Origin: Candidatus Saccharimonadota bacterium
Lineage (GTDB): Bacteria; Patescibacteriota; Saccharimonadia; Saccharimonadales; JAQGHD01
Length of the DNA stretch: 52,582 nucleotides
Reading direction: 5' to 3'
Assembly: GCA_028288965.1 (NCBI GenBank)
Contig: JAQGHD010000027.1
Span: 1 to 52,582, forward strand
Below, in pieces: positions 1 to 9,362 of this stretch. The number at the start of each line of letters is the position of its first letter. The first letter of the stretch is position 1. The translations under genes and the position numbers were made by a program. Under the pieces are notes generated by a model. That model had not been told where the DNA came from. It ran no database searches and saw only the letters and a program-made list of their open reading frames with translations.

Positions 1-1
1 C

Positions 2-595
2 TACAGTGACTCGGCTTTCAAGCAAAAGCGTCAACTGGTCCAGGAACTTCTAAAAAAGGTAAAGCCAAAACCAGGAGTAGTTTGGGACATAGGCGCCAAT
101 AACGGTGAGTTTAGTGAAGTGGCGGCAGAATTAGGCTATTACACCGTGGCTTTTGATATAGATGAGGTAGCCGTGGCGCGTAACTTTATGGCCAAGCGGA
201 TTCCTGATGTGGCTCGCCAGCTTTTACCGCTGGTACAAGATCTGACTAATCCCAGTCCGGCCCTGGGCTGGGCACACCATGAGCGCCAGTCATTAATGGA
301 GCGCGGTCCGGCAGATGTGGTGTTGGCACTGGCCTTGATTCATCACCTAGCCATAGGCAATAATGTGCCGCTACCCCAGGTTGCCGAGTTTTTAAGCCAA
401 ATCGGTAAGCATGTAATTATAGAATTTGTGCCCAAAGAAGATTCCAAAGTGCAGCATCTGTTGGCCTCTCGTAAGGATATATTTGACACCTACGATGCCA
501 AACATTTTGAGCTAGCTATGGAGCAATATTTTACACTGGTAGACAAAAAACCGGTCAAAGACTCAAAACGGAGCATATACTTATACCAGGCATGA
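2..595 (+). CDS. Class I SAM-dependent methyltransferase, NoeA-like (5'-truncated by window edge)
   Basis: The frame is open from position 2 and encodes the SAM motif VWDIGANNGEFS upstream of the listed ORF; it also has LALALIHHLA and IIEFVPKED segments typical of this family. Confidence 0.8.
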   Translation, partial: YSDSAFKQKRQLVQELLKKVKPKPGVVWDIGANNGEFSEVAAELGYYTVAFDIDEVAVARNFMAKRIPDVARQLLPLVQDLTNPSPALGWAHHERQSLMERGPADVVLALALIHHLAIGNNVPLPQVAEFLSQIGKHVIIEFVPKEDSKVQHLLASRKDIFDTYDAKHFELAMEQYFTLVDKKPVKDSKRSIYLYQA

Positions 596-2340
596 AAAAC
601 CTAAAGGCGCGTACTCAAAAACTAAAAGTAGTACTGACAAAACTTGGGCGGTGGGTAAGTCACTCCAGTTTGCCAGAAGTTTTCCTGATTAGCTCGTTTT
701 TAATTGATCGCTGGGTTGTGAATTCGGATATCACCTATCCGCATGACATGTATCTGCCCCTACTGTTATTTGCCGCTCTAGTAAGCGGCGTGTACTACCT
801 GTATCTATTGGTGTTAAGAAGAAACTTTGCTGCCCATATAGCCAGTTTGCTGCTTAGCTACGTGGGCATATATGCCTACCAGCCTTTGCTGGTTAACAGG
901 GTAGGGAAGCTGCTGGTCCGGTTGCCACACGGCTCCTCACCGTTTACGCAAAGTGTAGTTGTGGTGCTAGTTCTGGCCCTAATTTTTGGTCTGATTGGCT
1001 TGAGTATTGACCAGCTGATTGCCCGCATTAAGCAGCTCCAACATTTACAGCTACATAAAATTTTGATGTTTGTGATTGTGTTTATTTTTGTCTGGGAAGG
1101 GGCGCAGGCTGCTGATCGGTTATGGGATATTCGCCACGAACTCAGTTATCGCTACCCTGCTCCAACAGTCCAAAAAAGCGCAGCAACCACCAGCAAACCA
1201 GACATTTACTTCCTGATGTATGAAGATTACGCTGATGCCACCACGCTCCAACGGGTCAACAACTACGATAATTCCCCGCTGTTTAGTTACTTGGCTAGCC
1301 AGGGTTTTGCTAATCGGCAAACCGGAGCCTACTCTAATTATCCATTTACTACGTCTTCGCTGTCTTCGATGCTGGCCATGAATTACTTTCCGGATTTGCA
1401 GGCTCAGTTTGGCAAGGACGGACCCTGGCAAACCACCTTTCCTTACCGCAGCATAATTAATAATCCGCCATTTGCCCAAATTGTGAAGCAAAATGGCTAT
1501 ACCTATAATCAAGTCAGTTCGTGGTGGGAGAACAGCCGCATTCACATTCAGGCCGATAATCAACCTACCATGGGCTATCGCTTTAACTTCTTAAAATGGC
1601 ATTTTTACTTGGGTGATCTAAGCCGAGATATTATCAATAAAAGTGTATTATCACCTTGGCTTAAAAAAGGTATAACTCTGGGCCACACTACGCTCATAAA
1701 ATATGATCGTGACTACAACCCTATGGAAAATCTGCAAGTTCAAACCAACGCTCTAAAAGCAATTGCTAACCAGGCAGACGCCGCTGGGCCACAGTTTACC
1801 TTTGGCCACATTATGGTGCCACACACGCCGTATATCTTTAAGCCGGACGGCAGCTTGGCTGACTACGACGGAGAGCACAATGATGACGGGATACCTGAGA
1901 CCGAGAAATATGCTAATCAAGCCGCTTACGTGAACCAAAACATCCAAGAAGTGGTTGGCTATATTCGTCAGCATGATCCCAAGGCCGTGGTAATCTTGCA
2001 GTCAGACGAAGGCTCTTATCCGCCGCAATTTCGGTATGTACAGCAACCAGGTCATTATTTTAACCCCCTTGATTTGCCGGTGCCAGACATGCAGCAAAAG
2101 TTTGGCATCCTAGCCAGTTACTACCTGCCGGGGTTGGACGCCAAAACAGTTAGTAATCAACTCAGTAGTCCGGTTAATGTGTTGCCGTTTGTGCTGAATA
2201 ATTACCTTGGTTACACCATTCCTAGGCTGCCCGAATGTCACTTTGCTACCGGTAACAAATTCAATCTGTATAATTATACGTTGGTGACGCAGCAACTTAC
2301 CGGCCAAGCCGCCTCCGCAGCGTGCAATCAGTATAAATAA
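592..2340 (+). CDS. Membrane-anchored sulfatase-like/alkaline phosphatase superfamily protein
   Basis: About 5 N-terminal TM helices, then PDIYFLMYEDY, SNYPFTTSSLSSML, HIMVPHTPY and ILQSDEG segments; ATGA overlap with the upstream gene. Confidence 0.7.
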   Translation: MKNLKARTQKLKVVLTKLGRWVSHSSLPEVFLISSFLIDRWVVNSDITYPHDMYLPLLLFAALVSGVYYLYLLVLRRNFAAHIASLLLSYVGIYAYQPLLVNRVGKLLVRLPHGSSPFTQSVVVVLVLALIFGLIGLSIDQLIARIKQLQHLQLHKILMFVIVFIFVWEGAQAADRLWDIRHELSYRYPAPTVQKSAATTSKPDIYFLMYEDYADATTLQRVNNYDNSPLFSYLASQGFANRQTGAYSNYPFTTSSLSSMLAMNYFPDLQAQFGKDGPWQTTFPYRSIINNPPFAQIVKQNGYTYNQVSSWWENSRIHIQADNQPTMGYRFNFLKWHFYLGDLSRDIINKSVLSPWLKKGITLGHTTLIKYDRDYNPMENLQVQTNALKAIANQADAAGPQFTFGHIMVPHTPYIFKPDGSLADYDGEHNDDGIPETEKYANQAAYVNQNIQEVVGYIRQHDPKAVVILQSDEGSYPPQFRYVQQPGHYFNPLDLPVPDMQQKFGILASYYLPGLDAKTVSNQLSSPVNVLPFVLNNYLGYTIPRLPECHFATGNKFNLYNYTLVTQQLTGQAASAACNQYK

Positions 2341-2402
2341 TTATGAAATGGATATCTAAAAACCAAAAACCCTTCCCCGTTTACAGAGGCTATAACTATA
2401 CA

Positions 2403-3185
2403 ATGCAAGACGAAACCAACCTGCCTGGTGCGCCGAAGCACCGGGCTCGGAGAATCCTAATTGGGCTGATTGTACTGGGGCTGCTAGGCGTTGGTGGCTA
2501 TGTTTTAACTCACCAGTCCAAAAAGGGCCCTCACCAGCCGGCCACCGCCAGCACCACGCCGCCAGCTTTTAATAAAAAACAGTACTCTTTAGATAAATCC
2601 TCTAGTATCTGGGTGGTAGTCAACAAAGGCCGAGCGCTTGCTCCGATCGATTATGCTCCAACCAACTTAATGGCTCCAAATGTCCCGCTCCGATTACCTA
2701 AGACTGACCCAGAAATGCAAATGAATGCCGATGCTGCCCATGCACTAGAGAGCTTATTTGCGGCTGCTCAAGCTGACGGTCTAAAATTTAAGCTATCTAG
2801 TGGCTATCGTTCTTACAAAGAGCAAATAGCTCTGTTTAGTCAGTATGCAGCCCAGCAAGGCCAAGCCTCAGCCAATCGCGAAAGTGCTCACGCTGGGCAT
2901 AGCGAGCACCAAACTGGCTTGGCTGCCGACGTCGCGCCAGCGGATGGGCGCTGCGTCGTTCAGCAGTGCTTTGCCAATACTGCCGAAGGTAAATGGTTGG
3001 TGATTAATGCGGCCACCTTTGGCTTTGTTATTCGCTATCAAGCGGGCAAGGAGAACGTCACTGGGTATGAATATGAGCCCTGGCATATTCGCTTTGTTGG
3101 CCAAGCCCTAGCCTCCGAGTTGAAAAAGACGGGTCAGACTATGGAAGAATTCTTTAGCTTGCCCGCTATTCCTCTCGACTCATAA
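2403..3185 (+). CDS. M15B family D-Ala-D-Ala carboxypeptidase (VanY-like)
   Basis: N-terminal TM; SGYRSY, SEHQTGLAAD and YEPWHIRFVG motifs; ATG 2403 preferred because a -10-like hexamer lies just upstream. Confidence 0.9.
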   Translation: MQDETNLPGAPKHRARRILIGLIVLGLLGVGGYVLTHQSKKGPHQPATASTTPPAFNKKQYSLDKSSSIWVVVNKGRALAPIDYAPTNLMAPNVPLRLPKTDPEMQMNADAAHALESLFAAAQADGLKFKLSSGYRSYKEQIALFSQYAAQQGQASANRESAHAGHSEHQTGLAADVAPADGRCVVQQCFANTAEGKWLVINAATFGFVIRYQAGKENVTGYEYEPWHIRFVGQALASELKKTGQTMEEFFSLPAIPLDS

Positions 3186-3200
3186 GCTCACTCCGGGTGA

Positions 3201-3327
3201 CTATTTCAAAATCTATTAAAAATGGGGTGACAACTGGCGGGGCGGCCCCATTAAATTTTGTATCGTGAAAATTTAATAGGGGCGGACCAGTTGGCAGGAC
3301 CCCAGTCCTTTGGAGATTTTGAAATAG
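3201..3327. repeat. Palindromic intergenic repeat, copy 1 (nested insert, 14-bp perfect flanking inverted repeat)
   Basis: Core AAAATGGGGTGACAACTGGCGGGGCGG..ACCAGTTGGCAGGACCCCAGTCCTTTGGAG is shared with ~20652-20695 and the reverse complement of ~32178-32234; CTATTTCAAAATCT (3201-3214) pairs with AGATTTTGAAATAG (3314-3327). Confidence 0.85.
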
Positions 3328-3412
3328 CAGCCTGCGATTGTGAATTAAGTCATAGCAATTGATGGCCGGTTGAGGTAAAAATTGATCTGCTGATTAAACA
3401 AAGGGGGAAAGT

Positions 3413-3778
3413 GTGAAATACCGTGAATTGATTAAAAAGATACAGGACTACTCTGGATTTTCGGATAACGAGTCCGAGGATGCCCTGGATTTGGTGGTAG
3501 AAACCATTGCTACTCGGTTGGCGCCGGGCCAACGCAAAGATTTTGCCAGCCAATTGCCAGAGGAACTGGAGGATATCGCCATGCGTCCAACTATTGCGCA
3601 GCAATTTTCAGCTGACGATATGCTGGAGGAGTTGTGCGAGCTTGAGGATATTGATCGCGGCCGGGCCAAAAAGCAAGTCATGGCCGTCTGGCGAGCGCTT
3701 AAAGACGCCATCAGCCCACGCAAAATTGAAAATATTCGTTCGCAATTGCCCGAAGATCTTATTCAAGCGCTGCACTAA
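3413..3778 (+). CDS. DUF2267 family protein
   Basis: Two internal SQLPE repeats, helical, 121 aa; pattern typical of DUF2267. Confidence 0.75.
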   Translation: MKYRELIKKIQDYSGFSDNESEDALDLVVETIATRLAPGQRKDFASQLPEELEDIAMRPTIAQQFSADDMLEELCELEDIDRGRAKKQVMAVWRALKDAISPRKIENIRSQLPEDLIQALH

Positions 3779-3788
3779 AAGTTCCTCC

Positions 3789-3817
3789 TTGACGGTTATG
3801 CTCATAGTCTCTAGTCT
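3789..3817 (+). promoter_or_regulatory. Sigma70-type promoter, leaderless trehalase transcript
   Basis: TTGACG (3789-3794), 17 nt, TAGTCT (3812-3817), 6 nt, ATG 3824. Confidence 0.6.
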
Positions 3818-3823
3818 GAAGAT

Positions 3824-5101
3824 ATGTTAGATAAAGCCATCAACGCGGCTCGCGTAGCCAAGAATTTAGTTTTGCTCAATAAATCAGGTCATGTTTCCCC
3901 GGAAGAGGTTAAAAAGGCTCGCCAATATATTGCTGAGTACTGGCCTAAATTGGAGCGGTATCATCCTAAGGATGACGACACTTTAGTTGGCCTACCAAAA
4001 CCGTTTTTGGTGCCAGCCTACGAAAAAGGTCATGAGTTTGACTTTAATGAGATGTATTACTGGGATAGCTATTTTATGATGCTCGGGATCCTCGATGACA
4101 AGCACAAAGCGCTGAATCTGGGTGTGTTAGAGGATCTAGAGGCGCTCATGAAACGCTTTAAGATTATCCCCAACGCTTCCCGAACGTATCTGACTGGCCA
4201 CTCGCAGCCACCGGTGTTAACCAGCATTATTTTTGACCTATACGAGACGTATAAGCTTGATGGGGAATGGCTAAAAACGCATATCGAGCACGCTAAAGAC
4301 GAATATCACATTGTGTGGATGGGTACCACCAAGCCCAATGCTCGTCAGGTGTACCGTGGTTTGTCGCGCTACTATGACTTTAACTACATTCACGACCTGG
4401 CCGAGACCGAGAGCGGTTGGGATATGAACCCGCGCTTTAACCGTAAGGCACTCAACTACCTGCCGGTGGATCTCAATGCCTTGCTGTACAAATACGAAAT
4501 GGACTTTGCGAAAGCAGCCCGAATTTTTAATGATGCCCGTGACGCCGCACGTTGGGAAAATGCTGCCATGCACCGCAAACACACCATGGATGAGCTCATG
4601 TGGGACAAATTACGCGGCTTTTACTACGACTATAATTATGTCAAAGAAAAGCGCGGCAATGTCAGCTCCCTGGCTGGCTACTATCCGCTATGGGTGGGCA
4701 TGGTCAGTGACCAGCAGGCCAAACAGATGGTTCGCACGCTTAAGCGGTTTGAGGTTAAAGGTGGCTTAACCACCACCGATGCCCAACCGCTCAACCAATT
4801 TATGCCTGGGACTGTCCCCACTCAATGGGCCTATCCAAATGGCTGGGCGCCGCTGCACTACATTGTGGTCAAGGGGTTGGAGCGCTATGGCTACTCTGAT
4901 GATGCTCGGCGCATTGTTGGTAAATGGCTCAAAACCAATCTGGATTGGTTCAACAAGCACCATGTGTTTCTAGAAAAATATAATGTCCTGCAACCTGGCA
5001 AACCACCCGGTAAGGGACTGTATCCCTCTCAAACCGGCTTTGGTTGGACCAATTCTGTCTTTGAGCGCTTTTGCCAAGACTACGTCGACGCTGACAAATG
5101 A
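3824..5101 (+). CDS. Trehalase, GH37 family
   Basis: EMYYWDSYF, SQPP, ETESGWD, PVDLN, QWAYPNGWAP, EKYNV and GFGWTN motifs. Confidence 0.92.
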   Translation: MLDKAINAARVAKNLVLLNKSGHVSPEEVKKARQYIAEYWPKLERYHPKDDDTLVGLPKPFLVPAYEKGHEFDFNEMYYWDSYFMMLGILDDKHKALNLGVLEDLEALMKRFKIIPNASRTYLTGHSQPPVLTSIIFDLYETYKLDGEWLKTHIEHAKDEYHIVWMGTTKPNARQVYRGLSRYYDFNYIHDLAETESGWDMNPRFNRKALNYLPVDLNALLYKYEMDFAKAARIFNDARDAARWENAAMHRKHTMDELMWDKLRGFYYDYNYVKEKRGNVSSLAGYYPLWVGMVSDQQAKQMVRTLKRFEVKGGLTTTDAQPLNQFMPGTVPTQWAYPNGWAPLHYIVVKGLERYGYSDDARRIVGKWLKTNLDWFNKHHVFLEKYNVLQPGKPPGKGLYPSQTGFGWTNSVFERFCQDYVDADK

Positions 5102-6123
5102 GCAAAGCCGACACGCTGCCGCGGATCTATGGCCTGGCCACAGTCCTCACCGTAGCGCTACTGGCCGTTGTGCTTATTTGGGGAACCGGCGCAGATTTAA
5201 TTAAAGTTTTGATACTGGCCGGTCTAGAAATAACCTTTAGTTTTGATAACGCCGTGGTTAACGCTCGCATACTGCAGCGGCTCAACCGCTTTTGGCAGCA
5301 ACTGTTTATGACGGTTGGTATTGCCATTGCCGTCTTTGGTGTCCGGGTGCTTTTGCCGCTGTTGCTGGTGTCGTTGACGGCGCACATTAGTATTGGTGAG
5401 GTTTGGAGCCTGGCGCTCAAGCAGCCCACCACCTATGCTGACAAATTACTGACGGCTCACCCCATGATCGCCGCTTTTGGTGGTATATTTTTGCTGATGA
5501 TTTTCCTCGATTTTGTGTTTGAAGAGCGTGAAACTAAGTGGCTCAAGCCGCTGGAGCGTACCTTGGCGGCTATGGGCAAGCTGGAGAGTTTAAGCACCAT
5601 CACCGCTCTTAGTGTGCTGCTGATAGCTTCGGGCACGCTCGTGCCCAGTCATGAACGTTTGCAAGTGCTCACCGCTGCCTTGCTGGGACTGCTGGTGTAT
5701 CTGGCTATTAATGCTCTGGATTCATTCTTCTCGCACGATAAATTGCTAACCAAAAACGCCGCCGGCACGGCTGCCAAAATGGGACTGGTGGGGTTTATTT
5801 ATCTGGAACTCATAGACGCCAGCTTTAGCTTAGACGGCGTCATAGGCGCCTTTGCCATAACTTCTAAAGTGCTGCTGATTGCCGCCGGCTTGGGTATCGG
5901 CGCGCTATACGTGCGGGCCATGACTGTCCACCTGCTGCGCCGCGGCACGCTAGCCAAGTACCGCTACATGGAACACGGCGCCCACTACGCCATCGGCATC
6001 CTAGCTGTGCTAATGCTCCTGACTCTAAAGTACGACGTCCCCGAAGCGGTTACCGGCCTGAGCGGCGTGATTGTTATCGTTACCGCTATTATTCATTCGC
6101 ATACCGAGGCCAAGCACACCTAA
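5098..6123 (+). CDS. DUF475/TerC-like integral membrane protein
   Basis: LEITFSFDNAVVNA, ELIDASFSLDGVIGAFAIT and EHGAHYAI motifs. Confidence 0.9.
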   Translation: MSKADTLPRIYGLATVLTVALLAVVLIWGTGADLIKVLILAGLEITFSFDNAVVNARILQRLNRFWQQLFMTVGIAIAVFGVRVLLPLLLVSLTAHISIGEVWSLALKQPTTYADKLLTAHPMIAAFGGIFLLMIFLDFVFEERETKWLKPLERTLAAMGKLESLSTITALSVLLIASGTLVPSHERLQVLTAALLGLLVYLAINALDSFFSHDKLLTKNAAGTAAKMGLVGFIYLELIDASFSLDGVIGAFAITSKVLLIAAGLGIGALYVRAMTVHLLRRGTLAKYRYMEHGAHYAIGILAVLMLLTLKYDVPEAVTGLSGVIVIVTAIIHSHTEAKHT

Positions 6124-6268
6124 ACAATAACTCACACGTCATAGAAAATGGTTATGCTTGCGTAATAGTGAATTTGCCATAACAATTGACGCTATGACAG
6201 ACTCACCTGATCCAGCAGAAGATGTTAAAGACCTAAAATATCAGCCCGAAGTATAGGCTTGCATATCA

Positions 6269-7045
6269 ATGCTTAATTTAGCTACGGCCAACCTTTCACC
6301 CGAGCAAAGCATTGCTTTGGCACTAGATACCACTGATCTGCATCAAGCCGAACTGTGGATTCGCAGCGCTAAAGCAGCTGGACTAATTATTGTTAAAAAT
6401 GGCATAGAACTTGATTATGGGCATAACCCAAAAGATTTGTCAGAGCTGGCTGCTGATTATGGCATGGAGTGGATTGCCGATCTAAAAACTTTAGGTATAG
6501 CTAAAACAGTCGGCATTGCTTTGCCAGAAATTGTAAATCTGCCGCATCAACCAGTAGGCATTACCATGAGCACGCAATCAGGAGTAGAATCGTTAAAATT
6601 AGCTCAAGCAATTGCCGGCGAGCGGGGCATTACTATTTTTGGAGTAGCCCTCTTGTCCTCAATAGACCAGGACGAAACGCTCAAGTACAACAAAGCCTTG
6701 CCCAGAACCGTTATGTGGCGAGAAACTCAGCGGGCGGTTGATGCCGGAGTATGGGGTCTGGTTAGTTCGGGTGAGGAAATCGCTCGAGTTAAACGGTTCA
6801 AAAAAACCAGAGGGCTGACAACGCTGGTGGTTGGCACCAGATCCGAAGGCGTCGTGATTGAGGGCGATGACCAGCGCCGCGTTACCAGTATTTTTGAGGC
6901 CGCTAACGCCGGTGCTGACCTGATTGAGATCGGTCGCCAGGCCACGGCCAAAGGTAGTGTTGCGGAAACTGCTTTAAGGCAGGTTGGTCGTGAAATTGCC
7001 AAAGGTAGAATTGCTATGAAGCAGCCGAATCACCGAGTAAGTTGA
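6269..7045 (+). CDS. pyrF: Orotidine-5'-phosphate decarboxylase-like protein (divergent)
   Basis: LALD, KNG, DLK, GTR, GDDQRR and IGR segments; the second Asp of DxKxxD is replaced by Gly. Confidence 0.7.
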   Translation: MLNLATANLSPEQSIALALDTTDLHQAELWIRSAKAAGLIIVKNGIELDYGHNPKDLSELAADYGMEWIADLKTLGIAKTVGIALPEIVNLPHQPVGITMSTQSGVESLKLAQAIAGERGITIFGVALLSSIDQDETLKYNKALPRTVMWRETQRAVDAGVWGLVSSGEEIARVKRFKKTRGLTTLVVGTRSEGVVIEGDDQRRVTSIFEAANAGADLIEIGRQATAKGSVAETALRQVGREIAKGRIAMKQPNHRVS

Positions 7046-7703
7046 CGTATTTTATGTCTTGATTAGGGTGTTTTTTGCGGTAAGCATAGCCATGGCCCAA
7101 GGGCTTATCAACGACTATAGGCATGCCCTTGGCACAAGGGCCATTACGCAAGCAATCCTCTTTGTCCCAGGCTTCATAATAAGCTTTGCTTAGCTTGCGA
7201 AACTTTGGAACACCCAGACTCTTTTGATTGACTCCTAGGTTTGCGGCGATAGCCGTCATGCCCACCACTTCACAGTCGGCCTCCATGGCTATGCCGAGCA
7301 GTTGCTGGTAGGTGAACTGCGTGTTCACCATGCCATCAAGAATCAAAACCCGTCGGCCTACCAGCGCCTCAAAGAATCCATTGCGACTAAGTTCCTGGCC
7401 TTCTGGCTCCTTTTTATCGGCAAACACAGAGGTTACATCAATGCCGGTGGTGTCTATTAATTGCTCAGTAGCTAACGTTCCAAGGGGGATTGCTCCCACG
7501 GCAGCGTGTAAAACCGCTTCTACACCTTCGTCAGCAAACGGCTCTACCATCATCCAGGTAATTTCCTGCAAACGGCGAATATGGGGCAGCAAGGGATCAA
7601 CATTGCAGTAACCGGTTAAGTGCATACCGCTATTACCAATAAACTGGTTGCCAGTATTTAAAAATAGGCAGCCTTTGTCAACAAGTTCGCGCTGAACGTC
7701 CAT
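7014..7703 (-). CDS. pyrE: Orotate phosphoribosyltransferase-like protein (divergent)
   Basis: SGMH..GYCN, AVGAIPL, FADK and GRRVLILDGMVNT (degenerate PRPP loop); convergent with the pyrF-like gene and overlapping it. Confidence 0.6.
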   Translation of the reverse strand: MDVQRELVDKGCLFLNTGNQFIGNSGMHLTGYCNVDPLLPHIRRLQEITWMMVEPFADEGVEAVLHAAVGAIPLGTLATEQLIDTTGIDVTSVFADKKEPEGQELSRNGFFEALVGRRVLILDGMVNTQFTYQQLLGIAMEADCEVVGMTAIAANLGVNQKSLGVPKFRKLSKAYYEAWDKEDCLRNGPCAKGMPIVVDKPLGHGYAYRKKHPNQDIKYVNLLGDSAAS

Positions 7704-7782
7704 AGCCAATCCCTCTGCTTTTTACTCGCTAAAGTATACCAGCTTGTTTGTCATGCCAGGCAATAGTTGTTAAAATATATGT

Positions 7783-7827
7783 ATGACCACGTACGTACAA
7801 TCAGTTGTAATGCGTATGATGCCCTAG
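7783..7827 (+). CDS. Putative Met-rich leader peptide MTTYVQSVVMRMMP
   Basis: 14-codon ORF 6 nt after TAAAAT (7771-7776); 3 Met codons in the last 5; directly upstream of metG; the stop overlaps hairpin TAGCC-GCGG-GGCTA. Confidence 0.6.
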   Translation: MTTYVQSVVMRMMP

Positions 7828-7891
7828 CCGCGGGGCTACTCTCTTAATTTTGATTTTAACCATATTAACTTTAGACTAGAACGAGACACTT

Positions 7892-9337
7892 ATGAATTAT
7901 TTTGTTACTACCTCCATACCGTATGTAAACGGTGAACCGCACGTTGGCTTTGCCCTTGAATTACTGCAAGCCGATGTGTTGGCCCGCTACGCTCGTGCTC
8001 AAAAAATGCCAACCTTATTTAGCACCGGTACCGATGAACACGGCGGCAAAATTGCCGAGAAAGCTAAAGAGCTGAAAATTACTCCCAAGCAGTATGTCGA
8101 TCAGATGAGCAAAAAATTTCGTGACCTAGAGAAACTGCTCAATGTCAGCAACGATCGGTTTATTCGCACCACCGATCCCGGGCATGAGCAGCGCGCCCAA
8201 ATTATCTGGAAGGCCATTGCTAAAGATATTTACAAAGGCAAATATTCTGGTTGGTACTGTACCGGCTGTGAAAGCTTTGTCACCGAGGCGGTGGCTAAGG
8301 CCAACAAAGGCATTTGTCCGCTCCATAACCGTCCGTACGAGAAGTTAGAAGAAGAAAATTACTTCTTTAAACTCAGTGCCTACAACGAGCAAATCACCAG
8401 GGCCATTACTGATGGCAAGTTGCGAATTATTCCAGATAGTCGTAAACACGAGATCTTAAATGTACTAAAGAGCGGCATAGAAGATATTAGTATTTCTCGG
8501 CCCAAAGAAAAAATCTCGTGGGGCATACCAGTGCCCGATGACCCAACCCAGGTTATGTACGTCTGGTTCGAGGCGCTGATGAACTATATTACGGTGCTCG
8601 GCTATCCAGAGCATCAGGACTTTAAGAAGTTCTGGCCAGCTAATGTGCAGCTAATAGGCAAAGACATTTTGCGGTTTCATGCCGCCATTTGGCCCGGCAT
8701 ATTACTGAGTTTGGGTCTTCCCTTGCCCCACACCCTGTACGTGCACGGCTTTATCACTATTGAAGGCAAAAAAATCAGTAAAAGTACCGGCAATTTTGTG
8801 ACACCAGAAGAAGTTATCAAGAAATATAATGTCGACACGCTGCGCTACTACCTGTTGCGCCATATTCCTAGTTATGAGGATGGTGACTTCAGTTGGGACC
8901 GCATAGAGCAGGCCTACAACAACGAGCTAGCCAATGAGCTTGGCAACGGCTTACAGCGCACGGTAGCTATGATTAGTAAGTATCAAAACGGTATTATCGG
9001 TGACATTCCGCCCTCTCGGCACGATACTGCTCAGTACACGCAGGCTCTGGCCAACTGTCGGTTTGATCAGGCACTGGACGAGGTTTGGGAAATTGTCCGC
9101 GGATTAAATCAATATATCGAAGAAGAAAAACCTTGGGCTTTAGCTAAAGCTAACGAAGCGGAGCATTTACAAGAAGTGTTAGCTAATCAGGCCAGTGATT
9201 TGTTGCAAATCGCTGACTTGCTGGAGCCGTTTATTCCCGACACGGCCGTAAAAATTCGCCACTCCTTAGGGGAAGGGGTGGTCCGCCCCCTCAAGGAAAC
9301 ACTGTTCCCTAAGCACGAGACAGCCGCCCCGGCTTAA
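7892..9337 (+). CDS. metG: Methionine--tRNA ligase (short form)
   Basis: IPYVNGEPHVG, GTDEHG, Zn-knuckle CTGCE, YVWFEAL, GKDILRFH and KISKS. Confidence 0.97.
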   Translation: MNYFVTTSIPYVNGEPHVGFALELLQADVLARYARAQKMPTLFSTGTDEHGGKIAEKAKELKITPKQYVDQMSKKFRDLEKLLNVSNDRFIRTTDPGHEQRAQIIWKAIAKDIYKGKYSGWYCTGCESFVTEAVAKANKGICPLHNRPYEKLEEENYFFKLSAYNEQITRAITDGKLRIIPDSRKHEILNVLKSGIEDISISRPKEKISWGIPVPDDPTQVMYVWFEALMNYITVLGYPEHQDFKKFWPANVQLIGKDILRFHAAIWPGILLSLGLPLPHTLYVHGFITIEGKKISKSTGNFVTPEEVIKKYNVDTLRYYLLRHIPSYEDGDFSWDRIEQAYNNELANELGNGLQRTVAMISKYQNGIIGDIPPSRHDTAQYTQALANCRFDQALDEVWEIVRGLNQYIEEEKPWALAKANEAEHLQEVLANQASDLLQIADLLEPFIPDTAVKIRHSLGEGVVRPLKETLFPKHETAAPA

Positions 9338-9362
9338 ATTCAGATTCTCTTAACTATGCAGC

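Noticed and set aside
2403-3185. Vancomycin resistance locus
   Set aside because: A lone M15B carboxypeptidase without vanHAX/vanRS; more likely a routine wall enzyme.
6194-6268. In-frame upstream ATG with TAG at 6254 suggesting readthrough or a pyrF pseudogene
   Set aside because: The extension shows no PyrF-like sequence, TAG is used as a normal stop elsewhere, and TAGGCT 9 nt before ATG 6269 fits the local near-leaderless promoter pattern.
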